From the NCBI RefSeq assembly GCF_006345805.1, contig NC_043022.1:11346001-11410000 (forward strand): a stretch of 64,000 bases of DNA, in the 5' to 3' direction. The position numbers and the translations under genes were made by a program. Below are positions 25,901-38,767 of the stretch, one piece after another. The number at the start of each line of letters is the position of its first letter. Within the stretch, counting starts at the first letter, position 1. This DNA comes from Octopus sinensis. Its lineage: Eukaryota. The notes under the pieces were generated by a model that worked only from the letters and a program-made list of their open reading frames with translations, had not been told where the DNA came from and did no database searches.

Positions 25901-28900
25901 CATTTGTCAAATTCCTATTTTTCCAGGATGTACTGAACAACAGTTTACATGCAGAAATGGTGACTGCGTTCAAAAATCAGCAGTTTGCAATGGAAGACAA
26001 GACTGCCGTGATGGTTCTGATGAAGTGAACTGCAGTAAGTATACATATGTATATTGTTTAATTGTGTGTTGTTTTCTTAACTCAGTTTGATACCAGTCTA
26101 CTTAAGATTGCATTTGGTTCTATAATACAGACTATCTCTTTTAGAAATGTTCATATTGTAATCAATTTACCCCAAATCATAGAATTATTTTTTTTAAATT
26201 TAATTACTTTTATTTTATATTATGGATTTTGGGAAGAATAGCCTTATTGGCACAGGATTGTTTTCAGTGTGTCCCCATTGACTCATTGCAGTTATAATGC
26301 AAAGAAAGACAAGCATACTCATGTCTGTCTAACTCTGGCTGAACAAATAGCATAAAGAATTTTTGCTTAAAAGACTCACTTCATAAGTTTCTTTTTTTAC
26401 TAACTAATATATATATTGGCAGGAGATACATCTGCATTCACAAATGTGATGGATATCTACATAGTTTCTGTTTACCCATTCTCATGATATCGATCAGCTT
26501 GAGCCTATGCTAGAAGACAACTACGTTGCTGTGTGGTAGCCTTGAACATGGAACTCTGGTTGCAAATTGAACTTCTTTATTGCACAGCCAAGCCTGTACT
26601 CTTTAACCACACAGGCTTAAGGAACCTTTTGTAAAGTTATGTTCCAAATAATTTAACAATAAAAGTTAATCATTTTATTTTATCCCTTCAAATTCTCAAT
26701 TATTTTGACAAGCTGATTAAAACACATTTTAAATTTCAATAAAAACATGGTCAAAGGTAGGTTAACACAATCTCCCTCTATCCTATCTTAATTTTAGTAG
26801 CATTGTATTTTTTTTTATTTTACCCTTTCAGTGTTAACCTACTTGAGACTGCCCTTATATCTATGATACAAAACCTGTTTTCAAGTGTTCATATTTAGAT
26901 TCAAACCTTCCATCACAGTTTTAAGAAAAAAAATTTAGTTCTGCTCCAAACATTAGCTTTAATGGAAGAAGTTATTTTACTAAATCCCTTGAAACTTTTA
27001 TTTTCAAAATTAATTGAAACACATAAGTAGAATTTTTAAATATACGATAATAAAATGATTTGTTCTTTCAAACTATTCCCCAAATCACCATTATTTCTAT
27101 AAATCTTTATTCTTCCAGGATGTAGTGAGGGAGAGTTTACATGCAGAAATGGACAGTGCATTCTAGAATCTTATGCTTGCAATGGAAGACGTGAATGTTC
27201 TGATGGATCTGATGAATACAACTGCAGTAAGTTATCTCTATATATTATGGTTTTATTTTCTCTTGGTACTATGAGCAAATCATTTAGTTTTTTGAATGAT
27301 TCTGCTCCACTTTTTATCCTGAAACACTCTGTTTGTTTTATTTCTTTCCACCTTTTAACATGAAAATTGATCACTGATATATGAATACATTTTCTTGCTC
27401 TTATATCATTTTTGGTGACACTTGACATTTCTTCCCCATTCATGGGACTCCCATGCTGCCCATGAGGGAACCTCTACTTAGTTGTTTTTATGTAGCTGTT
27501 TTTTATGCTAGAAATAGCAATCAGATCTCATTCAAATTACACCCTATCGGCTTCAAAACAGACATGCTGAATAAGCAACAATGAATTGTTACTTTACAAG
27601 ATATGTAAAAATGTTTTAAAATTTCCAGCCAGCTCTGTTTACATTTGACCAAAGCTAGAACAGACATAAGTGATGAACTTCAGCATTTAATTTAGTGTTT
27701 CTAACTGAGACATCCTGTCTTTCTTGTGGTTGGAGAGCATGGTGTCCTTAGATATAAAACTGAAAACACAAGCAGTTCAACAAACTACATAGAAGTTAGC
27801 GTTTTGGTGTTATTTAGCTCCTAGTCAACCCTAATTGAGCAGTTCAAAGATTTCTGGCTATAATCATCCTATTTTTTATATATTTTTATATTTAGACATA
27901 GTGTATATAGGCCCCTTATTATGTAGTGTGCATCCTTTTAAGATTCTGGATATGAGTTAATGTACATTTCACTGCCATTTCTAATTAGTTGAACATCCAC
28001 ATTGGAATTCCTTCTTGCCCAGAGATTAGGTATCTGATGATACAGAGATTAGGTCTGTGATAAAGTGTCATTTGAATAATAGGTTTATGATAGAGAGATA
28101 GTCCTTTGAATGATAGATTTATGTTACAGATAATCTCATGAATAATAAATTTATGATGCAGAAATAGTCCTTTGAATAACAGATTTATGTTATAGTGTTT
28201 TGAATGGATAGAAGTTATTCAGTGTTGCACACTCCATAAAGCAGGAGTGATTAAAAACAAACTTTTATATATATATTGTATATAAGGTGTAGTAGAAGTA
28301 AAATTGTTAATTGGATTGTGGTACAAGAATGCCTGTCAAAATCTACTACTAGTATTCTGAAGTATATTTGAACATTACATTTAATACTACGTCTCAGTAC
28401 AATAGCTGTTAGGAATAGGTACTATTTGAAAATCACACCTGCATTCTATCTAGTAGGGGATTGGCATCATATCTTCTAGTGGACTTGTCTTTCTTTCAAT
28501 AAATGCCTGAAAGAGAGTCGAACACTGTTTTTTAATTAAACAGTGCCAATCAAGTATACATTGTATATGAATATGTAAGCAGAGTCAAATCCATGACTCC
28601 ATAAATATTTTCAACTCCCATGCTGCTGTATAGGTTCTCTAGTTATTCATATGTAAGTCGTCGACCTGGCACCATTACATATATGAAGTTGTGCCACTCA
28701 GAATCCTCATTACATTTTAATAAGCTGCTTTATGCTAATTTGTTTCAGTAGTTTGGAAGGTAGAGGTGAGCAATCTTTAATGATGAGCAAAAGTAGTTAA
28801 TTGAACTTCATTCCCTTCCGGACCATCCTGTGGTATAAACTCAGGACCTATTATAAATTTGAGTTGGTATATGTATTTATTTACTTGCCTTTAAGGGATT

Positions 28901-31900
28901 CTTGAGACAACTGGAAACATGGTACCATATTTATGTAGTTGTGTGACACCGTCTAGTTTTTAAGTTAAAATCATTCATGCTGATAAAATGACCAACCCCA
29001 CTAAACAGATAACTTCTCTGAAGATTTTTATATATTTTGCAAATTATATAATAATCCAGTAAAAGAGGAACTTCTATGTGGTTGCTCAACATTCTACAAA
29101 TAGCAATGAAATTGCCTTTAAATAGCATATACCATCTTAAAAGAAGGAGTGACACATTGGATGATGTAGTCATGGAGATACAAAAAGTTGCACAGATCTC
29201 AACTGAATGAGATATGTGACTCTAGAATATTTAGTCCTACATACGTTACACTTTAAATAGAGAGGGGATGATGACAGCTGGAATACCGAGGTGAATAGAC
29301 ATGTGAGTCGCACGTGAGAGACTTGCGTGTAGAGCTACAGAGAAGACATGTGTCTTTGACTGAAATCTGGCAGGAACTGTGTACTTCTACAGTGTAGCTC
29401 AGAATAAGGCTACTGTATCAAAGTGAGGCTAAACGCCTCATCGATATATTCATCTGCTGTGCTGGTCGACTCAAATATTACTATGCAATATGTAGCTCTG
29501 CTACACTTTAATCATAAGCCTGTTCCATGATAAGAAATGACCCAGAAGCTAAACAACAACAAATTATCTTAAGATATGAAGTATATTATGTTAATGAATA
29601 TAAATTTGTTTAGTTCGTTATATATCACATGAATACATAATTGAAGACTAACTGGTTTGTTTACTTTTGAAAGCAAAGCTAGATTGTATATTTATTAAAA
29701 CATTTACCTTAAATTTCAAATTAGCCATATAAATTGTTTACCATAGAAAATACCATATATATATATATATATGACTTGACAATGTTTTGTGACTTAAAAC
29801 CTTGAAGCATACTTAACAGGCTATAGTGAAATGACTGAAGAAAATTATCTAGGGACACCGTTGATGTGTAAAATAACAAATAACAGTGAAGTTAGTTGCT
29901 GTCATGTGTAATATCACAGGGAAGATATTTAAATGTTTTTCTAATACCTAGGTGGTGAGAAGAAAACAACATTACTTTCAAGGAATAATATTAATTTAAT
30001 TTGATTTTGACTACTATGGCCAACAACTCTGGATACATTTCAGTATTATTAGGCCTGCTCAGCTTTCTTTATACTTGCCAAATTAGTGATAAAACAGAGT
30101 CATTAAATGAGTAGATATAAGACAATATCTATTTCTTTACCACCCACAAGGGGCCAAACACAGAGAGGACAAACAAAGACAGACAAACGGATCAAGTCGA
30201 TTACATCGACCCCGGGGTGTAACTGGTACTTACTTAATCGACCCCGAAAGGATGAAAGACAAAGTTGACCTTGGTGGAATTTGAACTCAGAACATAACAG
30301 CAAATGAAATATCGCTAAACATTTCACCCGGCGTGCTAACGATTCTACCAGCTCGCTGCCATAATATAAGGCAATATCATTAAGGCTTATATAAGATGGC
30401 AAGCTTACAGAATCATTACTGTGCCAAAGAAAATGCTTGGTGGCATTTCTTCCAGTTCTTGATGTTCTGAGTTCAAATGCCACCAAGGTCAATTTTGCCT
30501 TTCATCCTTTTGGAGGTCTGCAAAATAAAGTACCTGTTGAGTGCAGGGGTCAATGTAATGTTGATGTAATCGACTTGCCCCCTCCCTTCGAAATTGATGG
30601 CTTTGCACCAAAAAGAAAGAATGTTTAAGGCTTAAACAATTACACCACAAACCTTACACTGCTTGTCATGATTATGTTTGCACACATTTTTTTTTATCTT
30701 TCTTGATCACATTTCACAAGTTTCATTATTTAATTATATTTCACTGTTTTGGTACATAATTTCAATTCACAATGTTTTGTTATTTATTTACACTTCTCAA
30801 TGTTCTGTTACTTAATTACATCTCACATTGTTCTGTTTTTAATCACATCTCAATGTTCTGTTATGTATTTACACCTCACAATGTTTCTGTTATTTAATTA
30901 CATCTCACAATGTTTCTGTTACTTAATTACATCTCACAATGCTTCATTACTTAATTACATCTCACAATGTTTCTGTTCCTTAATTACATCTCACAATGTT
31001 CCATTACTGAATTACATCTCACAATGTTTCTGTTATTTTAATCACATTTCACCATGTCCTGTTACTAATTTATGTTTCACAATGTCCTGGTACTTAATCA
31101 CTTCTCGATATTTTCTGCTTCATAATCACATCTCACTCCTTCTGTTACTTCAACACTCTTTGCTGTTAGTTATTTCCACTGGGGCACACACTCACACTGT
31201 GCTAGGAATGCCTTCCTAACACACACATATATCCAGTAATGCCATAGAGAAAAGAAAAACAATGCTATAAGCCTTATTTTTCTAAAATATATTTGTCTTC
31301 AGTATAATACAAATTATTAATAAACGTTTGAAGCCAAGTTTCTAAGTTTACAGTTTATCTAAGCCAGTGTTTTTCAAACTTTTTGCTGGAGCGGAACCCC
31401 AAGAAAACATTTCACTGGCTCGAGGAACCCCTGTGCAATAATTTAATTGTCCTATGCACACATATCTGCACAGGAGAATTAAAAATTACTGTCGATTTTA
31501 GCATTTTTGTAACTTCTTGCGGAACTCCTGGACTGTACTGGCGGAACCCCAAGGTTCCGCGGAATCCTGGTTGAAAACCACCGATCTAAGCTGTTACTGA
31601 TCACCAGTTCCACATGGAATAGTTTCTGAATGAGTAGTCACCTAACCTGATTGAAATAATAATCAAATCTCTTTTATATTATACCTTAACATTTAAAAAA
31701 GAAATAAAAAAAAAGGAAGAACACATTGGATATACACTCAGTCTGAAACACAAAAGATCGGATGATCATGGCTGGAATGCCTTTCATCAGAGACCAACTC
31801 AACCAAGGATGATCTGAGGCTAAACAATACTACAATATGAAAGCCTAACAGTTAAAAGCAGCATACAATTAGTCATAGTGAGTATTGTTGAAATGTCATG

Positions 31901-32305
31901 GTTGAGTGGATTTTGCATTGAATTATCTGCTGATAAGTTGACAGTTCAAACCCACTGCAGGTGTTTCATGGTGTTTAAGACTGAAAGCCTCTACTTAGCT
32001 TCTGTTGTTGGCAATGTGTACCTGATTACTTAGGTTATAACCTGCACTGCATTAGTAGGTTCTATTCAGGGGGAGATTACTCGGTCATCAGCTGACAGTT
32101 TTAAGTGTTTCAAGGCTGAGATATAGATGGAGTTTAAAAAATAGAGTTCGTAAATAGGCGTAGGAGTTGCTGTGTGGTAAGTAGCTTGTTTACCAATGGT
32201 TCCGGGTTCAGTCCCACTGCGTGGCACCTTGGGCAAGTGTCTTCTACTATAGCCTTGGGCTGACCAAAGCCTTGTGAGTGGATTTGGTAGTCTGTTGTAT
32301 ATATG

Positions 32306-32380
<75 letters not shown>

Positions 32381-35300
32381 CTGTGTTTGTCCCCCTAGCA
32401 TTGCTTGACAACCGATGCTGGTGTGTTTATGTCCCCATCACTTAGTGGTTCGGCAAAAGAGACCAATAGAATAAGTACTGGGCTTACAAAGAATAAGTCC
32501 CGGGGTCGAGTTGCTCGATTAAAGGTGGTGCTCCAGCATGGCCGCAGTCAAATGACTGAAACAAGTAAAAGAGTAAAAAGAGTATCTACCCACCTCCTTA
32601 TTAAAAAAAAATCATCGAATCTCTAATCATTGAATCTTCAGCAATTTCTAACTTTCACATTTTTGTCTTTTTATCCATTTTTTTCCTGTCATTCATTTTC
32701 TCTAACCTTTCACATTTTCCTCTATTTTTCTTAATCTTCTATCTCTTAATTTGCATCTACTAAATTTGCATCACAGTTACTTTGGAAGATATTTCTTTTC
32801 ATTTATCTTAAATTGGAGATTTTTTTTTTCTCCTTCTCTCTTACTTCCTTGCCATCTGTTTCAGCCTCTCCCCATCTCACGTGCAACCAATCTCTGAAAT
32901 AATCCTTCTTCAGCAACCAACATCACTTAATTCACAGATGCACTCTTCTCTAATTTCTTTTAAATGATTGTTTCAACGTCCGCCGCCCCCACCCCCAATT
33001 ATGCATGATAACCTGATAATTTCTTGATTACAGCTGTAGCACGCAAATGTCCTGGCGATGATTTTCTGTGCGGTACTGGCCACTGTCTTCCGATAAACAG
33101 GCACTGTGATCGCAGGAAAGACTGTCCTGATGGATCTGATGAAGTTGACTGTCGTAAGTAATTCGTGAACAGATCTGTAGACTCCGCGCTAAAATGTTTA
33201 GTGATATCCTGCCTGAAACCATGTCTTTATTTTTCAATCCAAATTTTATAGTCATCACTTTCACTTGCATCGTGTTGCTGCATGCTTCTTTGCTTTTCTT
33301 TACATATGTATACAATTTCTTTTCCAAAAATGACTTCCAGAAATATAAATAATTTATCCAAATAGAGGAAGGTGGTGTGTTGATGCAGATGGTTGTGCTC
33401 TGAACTCGACATTTTATATAATATTTAATAGAATTCTAGAATTCATTTTTCCTGTTATTGTCATTTTCTGCCCTGTGGTTCATGGATTAAAATTTGGTTG
33501 ATAGAAGAGAAAAAGTTATGTACAAGATATAAAATTCATAACTGAAATGGCAATAAGTTAGAACACTTTTAATGTTAATTCATTGCCATTCAATATATAA
33601 TACTAGGCACTTGTATAATATGGAATGTTAAGTGTATATTAAATTGGTTTCAGCTGTTTTCTAATTATCCATTCACTCAGGATGTATGCATTTGGTATTA
33701 AAGTAAAGGTCATTTGATACCTTGTTATCTCAGGTTCAATTCTTGACAGGACAGTTTAAGTTTTCCACTTTTATGTGGAGGTCAGTTTTTTGGGGGGGTT
33801 TTTCTGATAAATCCACTTTATTTTGTGAAGAATAGCATTGTTGTATTATAGGTTTAAGAGGGCAATCACTGGTTCTCAGCATTTCTGATACTGAGGGTAG
33901 CAAGAAGTGCGAGTGTGTGTGTACAATTCAGGTGGAATAAATACTTGAAGTGTTTTTGTTGAAACATTACTTTATCAAACTTTTTCCTGCTGATGTATAT
34001 AACTTTCACCAGCAGACACAATTACACATATGATGGGCTTCTGTACAATTTCTCTTCACCAGTTTCCACAGGCATTAGCCAACTTGAATCTATGGTAGAT
34101 GACACTTGCCCAAGGTGTCACACTGTGCAATAGATCCCAGAACCATATGTTGGCAAGCAAAACTCCTGAATCCCTAAACCATACCTGCATCCACACTTGG
34201 AGTTGATACAACTGACAATGATATATTGCCCAACACAAGATTAACTTTGCACCTATCCAAAGAGAAATTGTAATTCTGTAGTAGAAGTGGTGCTAAAATT
34301 TAAACCAATTATTTCTTTATTTCTCACAGACAACAGATTACAAATTTGGATTTTTCTAAACTGTTTGTTTCGTATATTGTGGTTCCTGTTTTTGTAACAT
34401 GTTTTGAATGCAAGGTCTTTTGTTGTCATTATGAGAATAGAAAATTGACTGAAACAGAAAAATACGTCCAAAATCACTGTTTCGATTTGTTTTCAAGTTT
34501 AAGTTTAATCATGATCTTTAGCAATAATCAATCAACTGCACTCCATCTCCTATGTAGAGTGGTCATGGGTGAAGTCAAATGACAATTATTGCATGTCCTA
34601 CGAAAAGCTAGTAGTAGCAGTAGTTGCAGTAGCAGCACCAGCAGTGGTAGTAGTAGTAGTAACAACAGTAGTTGTTACTGTTGTAGTTTGTAAAATATGA
34701 AAGCATTTAGATTGCTTAGATTGCTATTACCAAGTTCAATGCCAGCTATGATGTACATCAAAAGTGTCATTTTTTTTTTTACTCTGCTTTTTCTAATTTT
34801 TTATGCAAAATCTTGATACTATTATAAGATACTATCAAGTGAGTGTATGTGTGTGTGAGAGAGAAAGAAAGAATGTTATATGTGTGTATTTTTTTAAATG
34901 TTTGATAGTTTTTACTTATAAGTATATATTTGCATTTTGTGTGTGTGTGTGTGTTCTGTATGTAAAAATATATTTGGTTTTTATGGCAAATTTTTATGCT
35001 TAAAATACTTCTAGTTTTGCTTGATAATAATAATGATAATGATGATAATGATACAAAAATTATAAATAATAAAGCCTTACAGTTAGTACACTTTGCACAA
35101 GCTACACATAAATGCAGTCGGTTGTGCAGTGAAGGCACCATGGGCAAGTGTCTTCTGCCATAGCTTCACATATTAACCAAAGTTTTGTGAATGATATTCG
35201 GTCAACAGAATTTTTGTGGAAGTTCATCAGAGGGATCATTCCTATTTTTGGTAGTAGGCTAATTCAGTGCCTGGTTTAACACTACTACCTGGCTAGTGAG

Positions 35301-35920
35301 GGCTTTTAGTTGAGTATATTTTGTTGCAAATTTGGGGGTTAAGTCCTCTCAATAATCTCGAAGACCCTGAAAGAGGTCATGGACACTGCCTTTTCTCTTC
35401 TAACAAAGCCACATGTACACACATACCCACTTATCCACTTAACCACAGGTATTTACTGTTGCATATAATACCTGCAAATGCATGGGTTGATATAGATGTT
35501 GCATATGAAGAAGGTCTTAAAATAAAGAAACTGAGAAACTCCATAAAGTCAGAATGGAGGAACATTAGTGAGAGGGAAAAAAAAACATCTGTATTAGAAT
35601 TGATTGAATATATGTGACGTGAAAAAGGAAATTATGTATTTGCTCAGAATTAAATGAAGTGAAAACCATGATCATAAGTTAGAGAAATCAAGGATATAGT
35701 TTATATAAAGAGCTTGCTGAAAAATCAATCAGTAAGCATCACCCCACTGAATGAGCTCAATATGGCTGCCTTTATTCAGAAATAAATTAAGTTCACCTAA
35801 AAATTTAGTGTTAAATAATTGTGTCATAGTGGCTGAGTGTATTACTATATTAACTTAAAAATATAAGTTATTGAAGAATCCAGACTGGTACTATATATAT
35901 ATATGTATATATATGTATGC

Positions 35921-35962
<42 letters not shown>

Positions 35963-35963
35963 G

Positions 35964-36020
<57 letters not shown>

Positions 36021-38697
36021 TCATCATCATCATCATTGTTTAATGTCCGCTTTCCATGCTAGCATGGGTTGGACGATTTGACTGAAGTCTGGCGAACCAG
36101 GCTCCAATCTGATCTGGCAGAGTTTCTACAGCTGGATGCCCTTCCTAACGCCAACCACTCTGAGAGTGTAGTGCTTTTACGTGCCACCGACACGAGGGTC
36201 AGTTTGGTGGTACTGGCAACAGCTACGCTCAAATGGTGCTTTTTGTGTGCCACCTGCACAGGAGCCAGTCCAGCAGCACTGGCAACAACCTCTCTCGAAT
36301 GACATTTTTCACGTGCCACCAGCATAAGTGCTAATAAGGCAATATATATATATATCAAAGAGCAAAACAATAAAACTGATCGAAATGTTGTTTAGATGTA
36401 AATATTAACCTTTTAGCACTTAAATCGTCCACATCCTACTGAAATATTTCACTTGTTTTATGACTAAACTGGCCAAATCCCGCCTTTGACACCTTTTCTA
36501 TAGTATCATTCTAAAAATGAACAACCACATTGTTGATATCTCAAAACCACTAGATAATGGATGATTTATTCAAAATGATGTGGTTAGATAAGCATTATAT
36601 TTGTCAGAGTAATCTGAATGCTGAAGAGTTGAAAAATATTTCATCTGCAAAGATAAGATTAATTAGTTAGCAAAATTAAAATTGTGTTAACAATAACTGA
36701 TCTCAGATGTTAAGTCTAAGAAAATTTGTTCTGAAATGTATATTTAAAAATGTTAGTGGCCTTATGTGTTTATTATGTGTGCAATAGACTGTGCATGGTT
36801 TTATGTTGCTGTCTTAGTTGAGTTTTGTCCTTAGTAATTCTGTATAAGGTCTTGTAGTTTGTACTGTGAAATAATTTTGAGGTTAAAACCATTAAAGCAA
36901 ATATGTCAACCTGACAGGTGAAATATCATGATTTGAACCTAATCGAGTCTTGTCAGCTTTATTGTACACAACATCGCATGTTCTCTTTGTTCAATTTGTA
37001 TATAATCTATGAATATCATATTTTTATCAACTTCTTTTATTGATTTCATGAAAAGAATGTGAGTATAAATATGCAATATTCTTTACAGCTGATGAGTTAA
37101 TTTTGTACAAAATCATATATAGCGTTGGTGTAAAAGTCTTGGGAGTTAAAACTTATTTATCTTACAGGAAGACTAACATGTATAGAGTGAAAGAGGGAAA
37201 CTAATTTTGCAAGTGTGTATCTTTAGTAAACAGTGAGGAATCCCCTTACATGGATTGTATAAGTAATTCAAAGTAGCAGGTTTGTCATATGCTGTGTCAC
37301 TCTGATTCTGCATCTGGATTGCATTAAGGGTACATGTGCATATAGAATACTCAGCCACTTACACTGTCATGTAATGAGTCAGTAGTAAAAACATACACAC
37401 ACATTTTTGTGCATGTGTATGTGTGGTTTTGTGACTGTAAATATGTGTATAAAATATACACACACATGCTCATATATATATATATATATATATCTGTACA
37501 GGGGTTGGACAAAATAATGGAAACACCTTAAAATTTCAAACAAATTTATTTTAATATAGGGTAGGACTGCCTTTGGCAGTAATTAGTAATTACAGCTTGA
37601 ATTCTACAAGGTATAGACTCATACAAAGTTTGAATTGTTTTCAAAGGAATTTTTGTCCATTCTTCAGCTAAAACAGTCTCCAGTTCTTGTAATGATGATG
37701 TTGGAGGATATAATATTGAGATCTGGGGACTGTGGTGGCCAGATAAGATGTTCAACTTCACTAGAATGTTCTTCATGCCATTCATTAACAACTTTAGCTG
37801 TGTGAATTGGTGCATGACCATCCTGAAAGATTGTGTTTCCCTCTGGAAACAGTTCCACAAACATAGGATGAATTTGATCAGATAAAATGCTTAAATAGTC
37901 TTGACTATTAATTCTGCCATGAAAGGAAACCATTGGGCCAATGGCTTTCCAAGATATATTCCCCCAGATCATCACAGATCCTCCTCCATGTTTAACAGAT
38001 GGAAGAAGGCAGTCTGGGTCAAATGGTTCTTTTGGCTGTCTCCACACGTATACTTGGCCAGTGGTCAGAAATAAGATAAAGATAACTCGTCCTAGAAAAT
38101 AACATTCTTCCACTGCTCTAGGGACAATTCTGTAGGTTTTTACTCCACTCTAAACACTTGCTTTTGAAAGTAGTTTTTTGATTGCAGCCCTCCCGTGAAA
38201 TCCAGATTTGTGCAGCTCCCAGCAAACAGGTTTTGTGGAAACTGGGTTGTCAAAGTGGTTATTAAGTTCTGCAGTAATTTTGGGAGCTGTACTTTTGTGA
38301 TCCTTTTTCACAATTCGCATAAGATTCCAACGGTCCCTATCTGAAAGTTTTGGTTTCCTTCTGGAGATTTGTTTCAATGAGGAGGTTTTTTCATCTTTCT
38401 CAAAGGCTGTTATAACTTTCAAGACAGTACATCTTGGTAAGCCAAACATTTCGGCTGTTTTCATTACACTAGTGCTTGCCATACGAGCACTAACAATTTG
38501 ACCTCTTTGATAAATCTGTCATTTTAATTACCTTTTTCTGGTAATATCCGAAAAGAAACAGCAATTTTAGCAAAACATATTAAGCAACACTAATAATAAA
38601 TCAAAAACATAAATATAAACAAGCTTTTGACAGTTTTATAAGATATTTCAAAATTATGATGCTATGTGTTTCCATTATTTTATCCAACCCCTGTATA

Positions 38698-38767
<70 letters not shown>

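Noticed and set aside
30790-31140. CRISPR-like array
   Set aside because: Units are contiguous with no unique spacers; this is a eukaryotic intronic minisatellite.
34558-34700. Apparent terminal exon encoding a transmembrane-like stretch (..[29 protein letters not shown])
   Set aside because: The hydrophobic run is a (GTA/GCA)n microsatellite and the acceptor is weak.
37546-38482. Active transposase gene
   Set aside because: The coding region is split over three frames, with deletions at the N-terminus and after PDLN, so the catalytic Glu region is lost.
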